This document shows positions 11,066 to 23,600 of a stretch of 64,000 bases of DNA, piece by piece. The notes beneath the pieces are model-generated. The model was not told where the DNA came from and did not search any database. It saw only the letters and a list, made by a program, of their open reading frames with translations. The stretch lies in assembly GCA_002269645.1 (NCBI GenBank), contig NIVC01002078.1:83409-147408 (forward strand), in the 5' to 3' direction. A program made the translations under genes and the position numbers. Position 1 is the first letter of the stretch, and each line of letters starts with the position of its first letter. Source of the stretch: Macrostomum lignano. Taxonomy: Eukaryota.

Positions 11066-12161
11066 CGCCTTAAACCGCATAGACGTATAGTAGAATTTTT
11101 ATTAAATTCAACATCCATTAGGTAAATAAAAAGGCAGAATAGCAGGAAAAATATTGACTGTTAAAATTGTTAGATGGTAAATTCTACATTTTTTATTTCT
11201 TTTCCTTTGCAAATGTAGCTGGAAAACATTCTTTTAATGCATAAGAGTATATTTTCAATAGTGCACTGTGCAACACAGCATTGCGTGTAAAATGTAACAG
11301 TAGATCTGCCACTCAATCAGCTTGAGCTGTGTCAATCCAATTGATAATGATATGCTGTTTATCTATGCTATGCTGAATCTAATTCTGGTCCCACTAGGCC
11401 CACTTCCATGTTATCCAAGAGGAATGGATGTAGGTAAGCCAGCCTGTTGAAGCCTGTCTCCAGAACTCTTGAACACGAAGCTTTCCAAGCTGAAGGCTTA
11501 TTCTGAAATGAAAAAATGGGAGAATTGATACAAAGTAGCAACTTCTTTGTTATAGTATTTTTCATCATGTTTCCATTTATCAAAGCAGCCATCTGAAGAC
11601 GAGATAACAGACAAGAGGTCAAGGCATTCTTTGTACAAAGATGTATAGACATAATACATGTCTATACATTCCCAGTTGTCTGAAACAAGACTCAAGAGAA
11701 ATTGCACTCTGAGCCTTAAAATCGCACCTTGAAATTTGGCACAAGGTGCGATTTTGCACCTTGTCTCTGGCGAAAAAAAAACCCAGATTATTACTATTTA
11801 AATAATCAATATGTTTAATCTTTATTCTTTGAAAGGTTGGGACAAGAATGACTAAAAATTAAGAATTATGCAAGACTCAAACTGACAGTTAGCTAGTATA
11901 TATAGTTAAGGATATTTGTTTTTAAAAATTTATTATCTTAATATTCTAAGAAAATTGTTTTATAATAATATAATTAGTTAAAAATATTAGATAAAAACAA
12001 ATTATATCACTAATTATACACTTTTTTTACCAATAATGCCTTAATTTTTTATCAACAATATTGTAAATAAATATCACATTTAAAACTAAGAAATATATTT
12101 GCATAGATATTTGTACCACTATATTATTAGTTCCAGACTTAGTAAAATCAATTGCTACAAA

Positions 12162-15100
12162 ATGCTACAAGATATTTCTAGCCTACCATTGTCATCCACC
12201 ATTTTATTTGCAATTTTGGCTACTGCCTGTGTTTTTGCAATTGGAGTCCTGGTGTTTCAATGCACATCTTGCTGTAAAAATACTGACTTATATAAGGTAA
12301 GCAGATTCTATTTAAATAATTTATGTTTCACAGCATAGCTCAAGTTCTATAACTTGTTTTTCAATTTCACAGAACTTTGTGCTAGATGGAGATTGGAATC
12401 AGAGCATCACAGAGTCGCAGTCTACAGCAAATATCACAGCTTCACAGGCTGACAATCGCACAATGACTGAATTTGGCATGCTGCCACCGCCAAATGATGC
12501 TTCAATATCGATGAACAATGAGGCGACTGGAATTCGATCAACTGCTGGTTCTTCCCATGATCTGGCCGCGATTGTACAGCAGAAGCCGGAGAATTTCCTG
12601 CGACCAAGAATGCGATTGAGTTTCGAATTGGTGCCAAAGTCTGCTGGTGTTATTCTGCGTGAGTTCTTTATGGTTCATGGCTTCTAGCAATGGGCCTATT
12701 AGATTTTTGTAACATTTGTCCACACCCTTTAGATAGTCTTATCCATCGTCTTTGTCAGACAGCCGTGTCCATCACCTGTTAGACAGTCGTGTCCATCACC
12801 TGTTAGACAGTCGTGTCCATCAGCTGTTAGACAGTCGTGTCCATCAGCTGTCAGACAGTCGTGTCCATCACCTGTTAGACAGTCGTGTCCATCACCTGTT
12901 AGACAGTCGTGTCCATCACCTGTCAGACAGTCGTGTCCATCACCTGTTAGACAGTCGTGTCCATCACCTGTTAGATAGTCGTGTCTATCACCTGTCAGAC
13001 AGTCGTGTCCATCAGCTGTTAGACAGACCTGTCCATCAGCTGTTAGACAGTCGTGTTTATCACCTGTTAGACAGTCGTGTCCATCACCTGTTAGACAGTC
13101 GTGTCCATCACCTGTTAGACAGTCGTGTCCATCACCTGTTAGACAGTCGTGTCCATCACCTGTCAGACAGTCGTGTCCATCAGCTGTTAGACAGACCTGT
13201 CCATCAGCTGTTAGACAGTCGTGTCCATCACCTGTTAGACAGTCGTGTCCATCAGCTGTCAGACAGTCGTGTCCATCAGCTGTTAGACAGTCGTGTCCAT
13301 CAGTTGTCAGACAGTCGTGTCCATCAGCTGTCAGACAGTCGTGTCCATCAGTTGTTAGACAGACCTGTCCATCAGCTGTCAGACAGACCTGTCCATCAGC
13401 TGTTAGACAGTCGTGTCCATCAGTTGTCATACAGTCGTGTCCATCAGCTGTCAGACAGTCGTGTCCATCAGCTGTCAGACAGTCGTGTCCATCAGTTGTT
13501 AGACAGTCGTGTCCATCAGCTGTTAGACAGTCGTGTCCATCAGCTGTTAGACAGACCTGTCCATCAGCTGTTAGACAGTCGTGTCCATCAGCTGTTAGAC
13601 AGTCGTGTCCATCAGTTGTTTGTCCATCAGTTGACAGTCGTGTCCAGCTGTCAGTCAGTCCTGTCCATCAGTTGTCAGACAGTCGTGTCCATCAGCTGTC
13701 AGACAGTCCTGTCCATCAGCTGTTAGACAGTCGTGTCCATCAGCTGTCAGACAGTCGTGTCCATCAGCTGTTAGACAGACCTGTCCATCAGCTGTTAGAC
13801 AGTCGTGTCCATCAGCTGTTAGACAGTCGTGTCCATCAGTTGTTTGTCCATCAGTTGACAGTCGTGTCCAGCTGTCAGTCAGTCCTGTCCATCAGTTGTC
13901 AGACAGTCGTGTCCATCAGCTGTCAGACAGTCCTGTCCATCAGCTGTTAGACAGTCGTGTCCATCATTTGCCAGACAGTCGTGTCCATCACCCTTGTCCC
14001 CAAGCAGTCCCGAACCTGCTTCACATGGATCGGAAGCACCTGTTCTTTCTAAGCGAGCTGGGCCAGGCCTGGTTCGGCCCCGTCATCGATGCCGAGTGCA
14101 ACCGGTACGGCGAAACTCTCCGATCGCGAGTGATCGTTCGCCTGCTGTCCAACGAAGCCTCGGTTGAACTGGCCGAGAAAGACCGGCTGCACTTCCTGGC
14201 GGATATTCAAGCTTATAAAGAGTGCGTTGATCCGTGCGTGCTAAAACTGATGGGCCTGTGCACCACAGCGGAGCCCTACCTGGCTGTCATGGAGACTACC
14301 CTGGTGAGAAATGTCAATCTTATCACCATGATGATGGCATGATCCACTTTTTTTATCGATTCTACAGTTCCATCTCCCACCTGTCCATCAGTCCCATCTC
14401 CTACATGTCCATCAGTCCCATCTCCTACATGTCCATCAGTCCCATCTTATATCTATCCATCAGTCCCATCTTATATCTATCCATCAGTCCCATCTCCTAC
14501 CTGTCCATCAGTCTTATCTCCTACATGTCCATCAGTCCCATCTTATATCTATCCATCAGTCCCATCTCCTACCTGTTCAACAGTCCCATCTGCCACAGGT
14601 CCATCAGTCCCATCTCCGATCCCCTACCTGTCCATCAGTCTCATCTCCTACCTGTATATTCATCAGTCCTATCTCCTACTTATCCAACTGTCTCACAGGG
14701 GAGTGAATTTCATCGAGTTGAAATAACATTTTCAAACTAATTTACTTACTATTTGCAAGCCTGCTACTTATAACTCACTCGTTAGTAGTAAGTAGAGAAA
14801 ACTATTCGCTGATGAACAATTTGTTCCATCTACCATTTCCAGACGGACCTGAAGTCGTACCTCCGCTCGCTCATCACGGACGGCGGTCACAGGTGTTTGG
14901 AGGACTCGCTCGCTCTCCGATTTGCTTCCCAAGCCTGCCGAGGCCTGGCAGTTCTCAACGAGAAAGGATTCATCTATCAGGATATTGGCGCCAGGAACTG
15001 TCGATTGACTGACAATCTGGTTGTGAAGATTGGCGACTACGGTTGTACAGAGGTGGAGCACAGGGTGAGTGCTGGTCTATGTGGTCACCTGTTTATTAGT

Positions 15101-17086
15101 CCCGTCTCCCACCTGTCTATCAGTCCCATCTCCCACCTGTCCATCAGTCCCATCTCCCACCTGACCATCAGTCCCATCTCCCACCTGTCTATCAGTCCCA
15201 TCTCCCACCTGTCTATCTATTCCATCTCCCACCTGTCCATCAGTCCCATCTCCCACCTGTCCATCTGTTCCATCTCCCACCTGTCTATCAGTCCCATCTC
15301 CCACCTGACCATCAGTCCCATCTCCCACCTGTTTATCTGTTCCATCTCCCACCTGTAATTGATTGAAGGCTACAAAATAATGCAAAGTTTCCATCCGCAC
15401 TCAGGATGATTACGTATTGCTGGAAGGTCAGCTGATTCCGTTGCGCTGGCTGGCTCCAGAGAATTTCAATTTCAACACAGAGGAGTCCAACGGCAGTCTG
15501 AAAGTTAAAGATCACTCACTCGAGACTAATGTGTGGTGAGTGAGTGCTTTTACGAAAGTTAACATGATCTTTATCCTTACATTACAATAGAAGCCTAAAG
15601 AGTCGTCTGAAAATTCGCTCTTGCTGTCGTCTAAAATCGCCCTCTCATTACACAGAGAATCGCCCTCTAATTCCACAAAGAATTGCCCTCGAATTACACA
15701 GAGAATCTCCCTCTCATTACACAGAGAATCGCCCTCAAATTACACAGAATCGCCCTCTCATTGCACAGAATCGCATTGTAACCGCCGTTCACCCGCCATC
15801 CACAAAGGTCCATGGGCGTAGTACTCCTTGAAGTGTTCACCATGGCCAGCCAGCCGCTGTCAGGCTACACAGACGAACAGTTGGTGAATCATTTAACCAG
15901 CTTAACAGCTTCTAAATCTGCCGCCGAGCTCCAGTCGTTTCTTGTTAGCGCACTGACCGCAGATTCGGAAAAGTTTGCCTGTCAGTACAAGTCAACTAGT
16001 CAGCTGTGGCAGCTGTAAGTGACTGTTGTGCGTGTGAAAGTTTTTGTTCTAATAGTAATAAGAGGCGTCGCCATGGATTTTATGGTGGGGGGACAAAGCC
16101 AAGAATTTAACACGTACATGACTAAATTCCTACATGCCAGTATTTTGAGAATCGGTGTTGTCAGCGCTTATTTTGGCGCTGCAGGCACTCATTTTAGCGC
16201 CGCAGACACTCATTTTAGCGCCGCATACACTCATTTAGCGCCACAGGCACTCATTTTGGCGCCGCAGGCACTCATTTTAGCGCCGCAGGCACTCATTTAG
16301 CGCCACAGGCACTCATTTTGGCGCCGCAGGCACTCAGTTTAGCGCCGCAGGCACTCAGTTTAGCGCCGCAGGCACTCATTTAGCGCCGCAGGCACTCAGT
16401 TTAGCGCCGCAGGCACTCATTTAGCGCGCAGGCACTCAGTTTAGCGCCGCACACTCATTTGGCGCCGCAGGCACTCATTTAGCGCCGCAGGCACTCATTT
16501 TGGAGCCGCAGGCACTCATTTTAGCGCCGACGGCGGCGCTATATTTAGGCGCCTGAAGAAATATTTTTGATACCACAACGGGTCACAAGGTGGGGTGGAG
16601 GAGAAAAAGCATTGGCATGTCCCCCCTGCCCCCCCCCCCCGGTGGCTCCTGATGGTAATGTAATTTTCTATCAGCAATTCCCTCTAATCACTTTAGTAAT
16701 TGCCTTGATCATCATCTATAATTACTTTGATAACTACCTCGGTTGAAGTAATCAAACCAAATAGCATTGCCAATCACATTTAATGACATCTAACCACGTT
16801 AATAATCATAACCATGCACCCCTAGTTACTTTGATAATCGCCTTCAATCATCTTCATAAACACGCCTCAAAGCACATTGATACTCAAATCCTTAATACAT
16901 GGAGAATCGTTTCAAATAACTTACCACCGTAAATACTAATCTGAAATATATTTCAGGCAGGAATTGCGCAACCGCTGCTGGAGCTCGGAAAGACCCTCGG
17001 CTGGTCAGCTGTTCGATCAAATCGATAAACTTTTTAAGTTAGCTTCATCAACCAGCCCGGCTGTGAGTTCAACTGCAGCTTACTAA
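12162..17086 (+). CDS. LMTK: AATK/LMTK (Lmr family)-like transmembrane kinase, probable pseudokinase. Exons 12162-12296, 12373-12658, 14008-14303, 14843-15064, 15405-15535, 15808-16014, 16957-17086 (possible extra terminal exon at 17926)
   Basis: N-terminal TM segment (ILFAILATACVFAIGVLVF). Kinase motifs ELGQAWFGPV, RVIVRLL, EPYLAVME, DLKSYLR, IYQDIGARNC, KIGDYG, DDY...PLRWLAPE, TNVWSMGV, RCW...RPSA parallel the AATK/LMTK2 motifs GWFG, RVIVKEL, DLKxYLR, KxGDYG. All junctions are GT-AG and in phase. Confidence 0.8.
12754..13990 (+). repeat. 24-bp minisatellite (GTTAGACAGTCGTGTCCATCA(C/G)CT), ~50 copies, kinase intron 2
   Basis: Direct tandem copies; a ~225-bp higher-order duplication lies near the 3' end. 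Confidence 0.95.
14365..14695 (+). repeat. 24-bp minisatellite (CCTGTCCATCAGTCCCATCTCCTA-type), kinase intron 3
   Basis: Tandem copies visible directly. Confidence 0.9.
15095..15357 (+). repeat. 24-bp minisatellite (CCACCTGTCCATCAGTCCCATCTC), kinase intron 4
   Basis: About 11 tandem copies; shares the TGTCCATCAG core with the intron 2 and intron 3 arrays. Confidence 0.9.
15630..15770 (+). repeat. Short degenerate ~22-bp tandem repeat (AATCGCCCTCTCATTACACAGAG), kinase intron 5
   Basis: About 6 degenerate copies. Confidence 0.7.
16062..16650 (+). mobile_element. MITE with internal 20-21-bp tandem array (GCGCCGCAGGCACTCATTTTA), kinase intron 6
   Basis: Left end AGAGGCGTCGCCATGGATTTTATGGTGGGGGGACAAAGCCAAGAATTT is nearly identical to the copy at 59119. 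Internal array spans 16170-16530. Confidence 0.7.
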
Positions 17087-17179
17087 TTTTTACTAGAATT
17101 AAGCAACTCACACGAAGTTCTTACTGTCAACTACTTGATCCTCCTTTAAGGTCACTTGTTAATTTTTTATATTTCCGTC

Positions 17180-17910
17180 ACTTTCTTCCATGTACACTAG
17201 CTCTCGACCAGCCCCACTGTCTCTGCCCACTCTCTCTGCCCATGTACACTAGCTCTCGACCAGCCCCACTCTCTCTGCCCCATGTACACTAGCTCTCGAC
17301 CAGCCCCACTGTCTCTGCCCATGTACACTAGCTCTCGACCAGCCCCACTGTCTCTGCCCATGTACACTAGCTCTCGACCAGCCCCACTGTCTCTGCCCAT
17401 GTACACTAGCTCTCGACCAGCCCCACTGTCTCTGCCCATGTACACTAGCTCTCGACCAGCCCCACTCTCTCTGCCCATGTACACTAGCTCTCGACCAGCC
17501 CCACTCTCTCTGCCCCATGTACACTAGCTCTCGACCAGCCCCACTCTCTCTGCCCATGTACACTAGCTCTCGACCAGCCCCACTCTCTCTGCCCCATGTA
17601 CACTAGCTCTCGACCAGCCCCACTCTCTCTGCCCATGTACACTAGCTCTCGACCAGCCCCACTCTCTCTGCCCCATGTACACTAGCTCTCGACCAGCCCC
17701 ACTGTCTCTGCCCATGTACACTAGCTCTCGACCAGCCCCACTCTCTCTGCCCCATGTACACTAGCTCTCGACCAGCCCCACTCTCTCTGCCCCATGTACA
17801 CTACAGCTCTCGACCAGCCCCACTCTCTGCCCCAATGTACACTACAGCTCTCGAACAGCCCCACTCTCTCTGCCCCAATGTACACTACAGCTCTCGAACA
17901 GCCCCACTGA
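17180..17910 (+). repeat. 39/40-bp minisatellite (CATGTACACTAGCTCTCGACCAGCCCCACTSTCTCTGCC)
   Basis: About 18 tandem copies downstream of a GTGAGT donor at 17063, so probably in a last kinase intron. Confidence 0.95.
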
Positions 17911-20631
17911 CTATCTGTCAATCAGCCTTGATCAAGCTGTAGAATATATTGTTGTGTTCCTATGTTGCTCATGTAGACCAAATTTGTTGATTTCATTAAA
18001 GCAGAACTTCTTTGTGATCCAATATCAAGAATTATACTTCCCATGTTATGAGAATTCTATGAACTTTTTGTTTTTTCCAGAATTTATGCGAGCTATATTT
18101 TCAGCAAATCTCTATCAAAAATTGTATTCTTTTTGATTTTTTAAATTCAATCTTCCATTTATGCAGTATTTCCTCTGCCTTGCAAGTATTTACAGGGACC
18201 ATTTAACAAGAATGGCGGAATTGATTTTTTCTTTCGTGTTCTTTTTTCTGCTTTTTTGCTTCTGCAAGTGCCTTTTCTTCTTGCTTCCTTTTTTGCGGCA
18301 ATATGTGCAAGATTCGATATATAAGAGTACAATGAATTGCCAAAATTAGCCGATTCATTTTAATGATCCAACTCCGAGATAATTTGCGAATGACAATCAA
18401 CGTGCGGCATTTTGATTATTCCATTGTGCAAATCTAATTTTACCTGTACTTGACCAGACCAGATTACCGTAAATAATTGGATTAGCACGAACACAAAAGC
18501 AAATATATACCAGTCATCATGAATTGATCAAAGTTGATCCAATCTAATCACACCTGTTTATCTCTGCGCTGGAGTTCTGCTTTCTTATTATTTTAACACG
18601 CCATGACAAATAATGCTGAAACTGTCTAAACATACTACTAATTGGTGCCAGTAGTAGTTGCGCTATTAAGGACGATGTGTGGCTTTGCCAGTTGCTAAAA
18701 AATACGTTTCAAAGGCGGCCATACTGTAGACATTATAAAGGTGTAAATACGATGGAGTGAGCAACGTGAGCAAGTGAGTCGGAGACTGTACTATAACTAT
18801 AAGAGTGCGTGAGTGTGCTAATTAATTCAATCGAAAATTATTGTCTTATAAACAGATGCAATAAATTGATCAATTCGCGTAGAGCTAAGGGTAGAGCGAC
18901 AAATGAAATAATTTAACAACACATTAAAAAACTTTTGTACTATCCTACTCATAGTAACGAACTCCTTATTATGGTAATGTACACTACTTTTTATTATTCT
19001 AATAAAGTCGCTACCTACAACACAGATCGAGTTGGAGTTATTCAAAAGAGAAAAAAATTAAATTCGCGCAAAAAGATGACAGGGAGAAATGAATGAAAAA
19101 ACAAACAAACAAAAACTGAAGTTAGCCTTCTTAGTGGCCTAGTTAAAAGATGGTTCAATAGTATTTATAACTACTGCTCAAGCACTTGAGAGTTCGGTCT
19201 TCAAGCGAAACCACCAGGGAGACATGTAAAACGGGCATCAGCTGACAGCAAGATGTAGGTGTCGGCTCAGGATTATGGGTCAATTCAATTATGATAATAA
19301 GCAAAAATGCCTACCAATTATGTAAGTTATGTAAATATTAAAAAATTACAGGGCAGCATGTTGCAGAACAGGTGTACGCTACAAGTACTAATATATCTAT
19401 ACCATAGTTTTTTACTTTTTAGTATTTTTAGATTTTTTTGTTGAAACTTTGTCATCTTTCTTTTGCTCAAAAAGATGGTCGACTTTTAGGAAAACAGAAA
19501 AAGTCAGGACGATGGGTCAAGTTAGTCTGGGAAAAATAAAATATGCTGCTTGATATGAATATGTGACAGACACCTGGGCTAATTGTGAAAATTAACCAAA
19601 TAAAGAGAAAGACGAAAATATTTCGCCAGTATGAAAATTTGGTAGGCAATTGGCATTAAGAAAATATTCAAATGATGTTGATTATTTATACGGCTAATCC
19701 TGTCTAACTGCAAAAATTTGATTGTATTGAGAACAATTTAATAAAAAACAGAAGAAACAATGAAGAATAAGCCAATTCGAGTCTTTAGATTATTTTTCCC
19801 AGTTCTTATAAGTTTGAAGAAGAGAGACATTGTAAATAGAAGAATATGCGCAAATTTTTATGTAAGAAAATAAAGTGGTTGATCATTAATATTTTTTCTA
19901 AATCTAAAGTTGACAATGCAAATGTATATACGTAGATATACATCTTATATTGCAGTTTTAGCGAGATAGCCAAAATATGTAACTGATGCATGAATAATAA
20001 AATGTCTTCTTAAGGCTGGATAGATTTCAACTAAAATGATTTATTATTATTAGAGATACTGATTGAAGCTAAACAACAACGAACAAGTATTCGATTGGCT
20101 GAAAGCTGATGGGGCAAAATGAATTCTCACTACAAAATAGTTACTAGGCCAAACTATTAAATGGGAAAGAGCTTATTAAATAATGAAAGATAGGTAGAAA
20201 TTGAAATATTTCAAAGTTCAAGGTGTACTTGCGCACAGGAAACTAGCGATCATATTTCTGGCTACACCTGGGGCACAGGATCCCGGTAGCCGAGAAACTA
20301 AAAGTAACCAATTTAACGGCAAGTGTTTGCTTCTTTAAGGCAGACAAAAAACTACTATGAATAGTAAATGTAGGTTGGTAATAAAGGAAAAAAATAGAAT
20401 TATTTTACCTCGCTAAGGTGTGGCAAAAAAGTGTGCAGCACTGGGCTAAATTTCCGCAAAAACAAGCTAGAGACACGGTTTGAGCAAAGTTCGTGTCATT
20501 CTATTACTATAGACAAGCATACTATATTAACAAAACTAAACCTCTAGCAAACTGGTATGGAGTTCTAATACAATAAATTTGCTACGAAAAAAGTCCAGCC
20601 GAAACAGAGGCCAGGAGGGCTGATTTTGAAA

Positions 20632-23600
20632 TCAGTCCAGAACCTCCTGTTTAAGAGCCGCTGAATTGTCTTCACCTTCACCTTCAACGGCAGCGGCGGA
20701 GGCGGCGGCCGCGGTGGCAGACGAATCGTCAGCAGCGGCGGCCACAGCCGCCTGACCTTCGGGCTGCTGCAAATCGGCGATGGAGGCCAAGTGGGCGCGG
20801 ATTTTGTCCAGATCGCACGAGCTCAACTGGATGAAGAATATGCCATTAACTAGGTTGAGAGTCTCCAATAAATTGCTCAGATTTGGCGTCTGGATCTGCA
20901 ACGGGCAGAGGCCGCCGGCCTTTTTGCCGGCTTGCAAATCGCGGACGCGCTTCTCGAACACGACAGCCTGCCGGGTCAGGTGGGTGATGCAGTCGAACGA
21001 TTCTTTGGTGCGCTCGTTCTCCTCGCCAAGGCGCTCGCGATAGATTGTGTAGCACTCCTGCTCAGCGGGTGTTTGGAGGGGGGCGACAGCGCTTTTGCAA
21101 CGTATGCTAATATATCAGATAATACTAATAGTGTCTAAGGTATAAGAAACACTCACTGATATATAATGTTTTTACATTAATCTTTCCTTTGCATCTGATA
21201 CCCTATCTTCCCTTCTCTCCCCTACATTTTCCTTTCTGTTTTGATTCTATTTTCTCCGACTGCTCTGATCTTTTTTTATCTTTCCCACTGCTCTGATTCT
21301 CCACCTTCCCCACCACTCTAATCCTTTATCTTCCCCACCACTCTAATCCTTTATCTTCCCCACCACTCTGATCCTTTATCTTCCCCACCACTCTGATCTC
21401 TATCTTCCCCACTTCTCTGATCCTCTATCTTCCCCACTTCTCTGATCCTCTATCATCCCCACTTCTCTGATCCTCTATCTTCCCCACTGCTCTGATCCTC
21501 TATCTTCCCCACCACTGATTCTCTATCTTCCCCACTTCCCTATTGCCTATCTTCCCCTCTACTCAAAAAAGTATCAATCGATCTAACCTTCTCGGCCTGC
21601 AGAGCGGCCCTGAAATCGGCTTTGCAGCTGTGCGTGCGAGCAATCAGATGATGACTAAGCGCCGATTTCAGACTCCTCGGACCGTATAGAAGAGTATTAA
21701 TACGCAGGGCGCTAGTTAGATACTGCAACGAGCGATCTAAATCTTCTACAGCGTGCAGCATCAGGCCGATATTAGAATCGATAGTTGGCGTCTCCGGGTG
21801 CAGCTCGCCGTGGCACAGTACTGACAGGTAGCGGCAGCGATACATCAAAGCCAGCGCATTGTCAAACTGGCCAAGGGCGAAGGCGTACAAGCCCAAGTGA
21901 GCGTAGTCGGCAGCCGCCTGGGCGGAATCGATGCCGAACACTTTCTCGCTGATAATGACGGCTTTCTGTTGCTGCTGCAGAGCCATGCCGTAGTCGCCTA
22001 ATAGGTAGGATAGCCGGCCAAGCAGGCGCTGACAGCTGGCCGTGTCGCTGTGAACGGGGCCGTACACCGAGGTCAACAGGTTCAAGCTCTCGCAGATGAG
22101 CTCCTGGCCTTCGGTTAATTGGCCGGCGCTGATTCTCTGCTGGCCAATGTGGAACAGCTGGTAGGCGTCTGAGGCTTTGGGATGGACGCATTTCACCTGC
22201 GGATGCGGTTCGGCTTCTTTTAGGTAATGGTGCGGCAATGGCAAAGAGATCTTTTAGCATCACAAGTAGTCGGATTGACAAGGACTACTAATTAGTTTCT
22301 GCACATGCATGTACCAGTGTCTGTATGGTATCTGTATTTGTATTAGCAACACAAATCATTGATCCACCGGTTGGATGAATTAACAGACTGATTCAATTGT
22401 TAATCTGTCAGTTTGAGATGGATTAACAGACTGATTCAATTGTTAATCTGTCAGTTTGAGATGGACTAACAAAGACTGATTCAATTGTTAATCTACCAGT
22501 TTGAGATGGATTAACCAAGACTGATGTATACATTCTCCTCCTTTTCCCAGTGTGGCTATGGAAAAGTAAGTCCGAGGATGCATTTCTCAGGCCGAGGCGA
22601 TTAACCAAGACTGATTCAATTGTTAATCTACCAGTTTGAGATGGATTAACAAAGACTGATTCAATTGTTAATCTGCCCAGTGTTACATCACAAAGACTGC
22701 ACTAATCCCAAAATTATAGTATCTGAATTTAACAACAAAGCCTAATCTGTCAGTACAAAACGCTTACCACTGGGAACAGCGAGACAATGTCGTCCTCGCG
22801 AAAGGTCAAATGCTTGGTAGAATCGAACGAATACTCGCGCAAAGCCAGCTGAATTCCAAGGGTTACGCACACGGAGCGCAGCAGAGAATACTTGGATAGA
22901 GAGGCCAGCTTCTGCTCGTCAGCATTGAGTCCGTACAGCCTGGCCAGACTGCGAGAACAAGCCGTCTCGAATTCTTCCAAGCTGCCAATGGATTTATTGA
23001 CAAATTCAAAGTTTGAGGACACGTGATAGTAGTTAGTGAGCTCCTCAATGATGCAGCCCCAGAAGCTGGTGCTGTTGTGTTGAACGAATGCCAGGCCCTG
23101 AAATGGTTCAGTCAGAGAAAAATTGGTGGTTTTATGAAGGAAGCTTGTCCGATGGTCAGTGTACATTGGGGGAGAGGGGGGGAAGAGGGCTGGCCAATAG
23201 ACAGTGTACATTGGGTGAGAGGGGGGAAGGAGAGAGCCGGCCGATAGTCAGTGTACATTGTGGTGAGGAGGGAGGAGAGAGCTAGCCGATAGTCAGTGTA
23301 CATTGGGGTGAGGAGGGAGGAGAGAGCTAGCCGATAGTCAGTGCACATTGGGGTGAGGAGGGAGGAGAGAGCTAGCCGATAGTCAGTGTAGATTGGGGTG
23401 AGGAGGGAGGAGAGAGCTAGCCGATAGTCAGTGTACATTGGGGTGAGGAGGGGAAGGAGAAAGCTGGCCGATAGTGTACATTGGGATGAGAGGGGGGAGG
23501 AGAGAGCAGGCCGATAGTCAGTGTACATTGGGGTGAGGAGGGAGGAGAGAGCTAGCCGATAGTCAGTGTACATTGGGGTGAGGAGGGAGGAGAGAGCTAG

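Larger units (their letters stand above)
9179..11786. mobile_element. Possible old non-autonomous DNA transposon with degenerate TIRs and AT-rich interior
   Basis: Left end CAGGGGTATTTTTGTGCGCAGAG; right end reverse complement CTGGGTTTTTTTTTCGCCAGAG. The subterminal word TAAAATCGCACCYTGAAATT occurs at both ends. No clean TSD. Confidence 0.35.

Noticed and set aside
12729-15400. Long ORFs on both strands (e.g. DSRVHQLL or TGDGHDCL repeats)
   Set aside because: They are translations of 24-bp intronic minisatellites; units that are a multiple of 3 with no stop make spurious ORFs.
22370-22680. Repeat-spacer-repeat pattern resembling a CRISPR array
   Set aside because: Eukaryotic intron, abutting repeat units, only one spacer and no cas genes.
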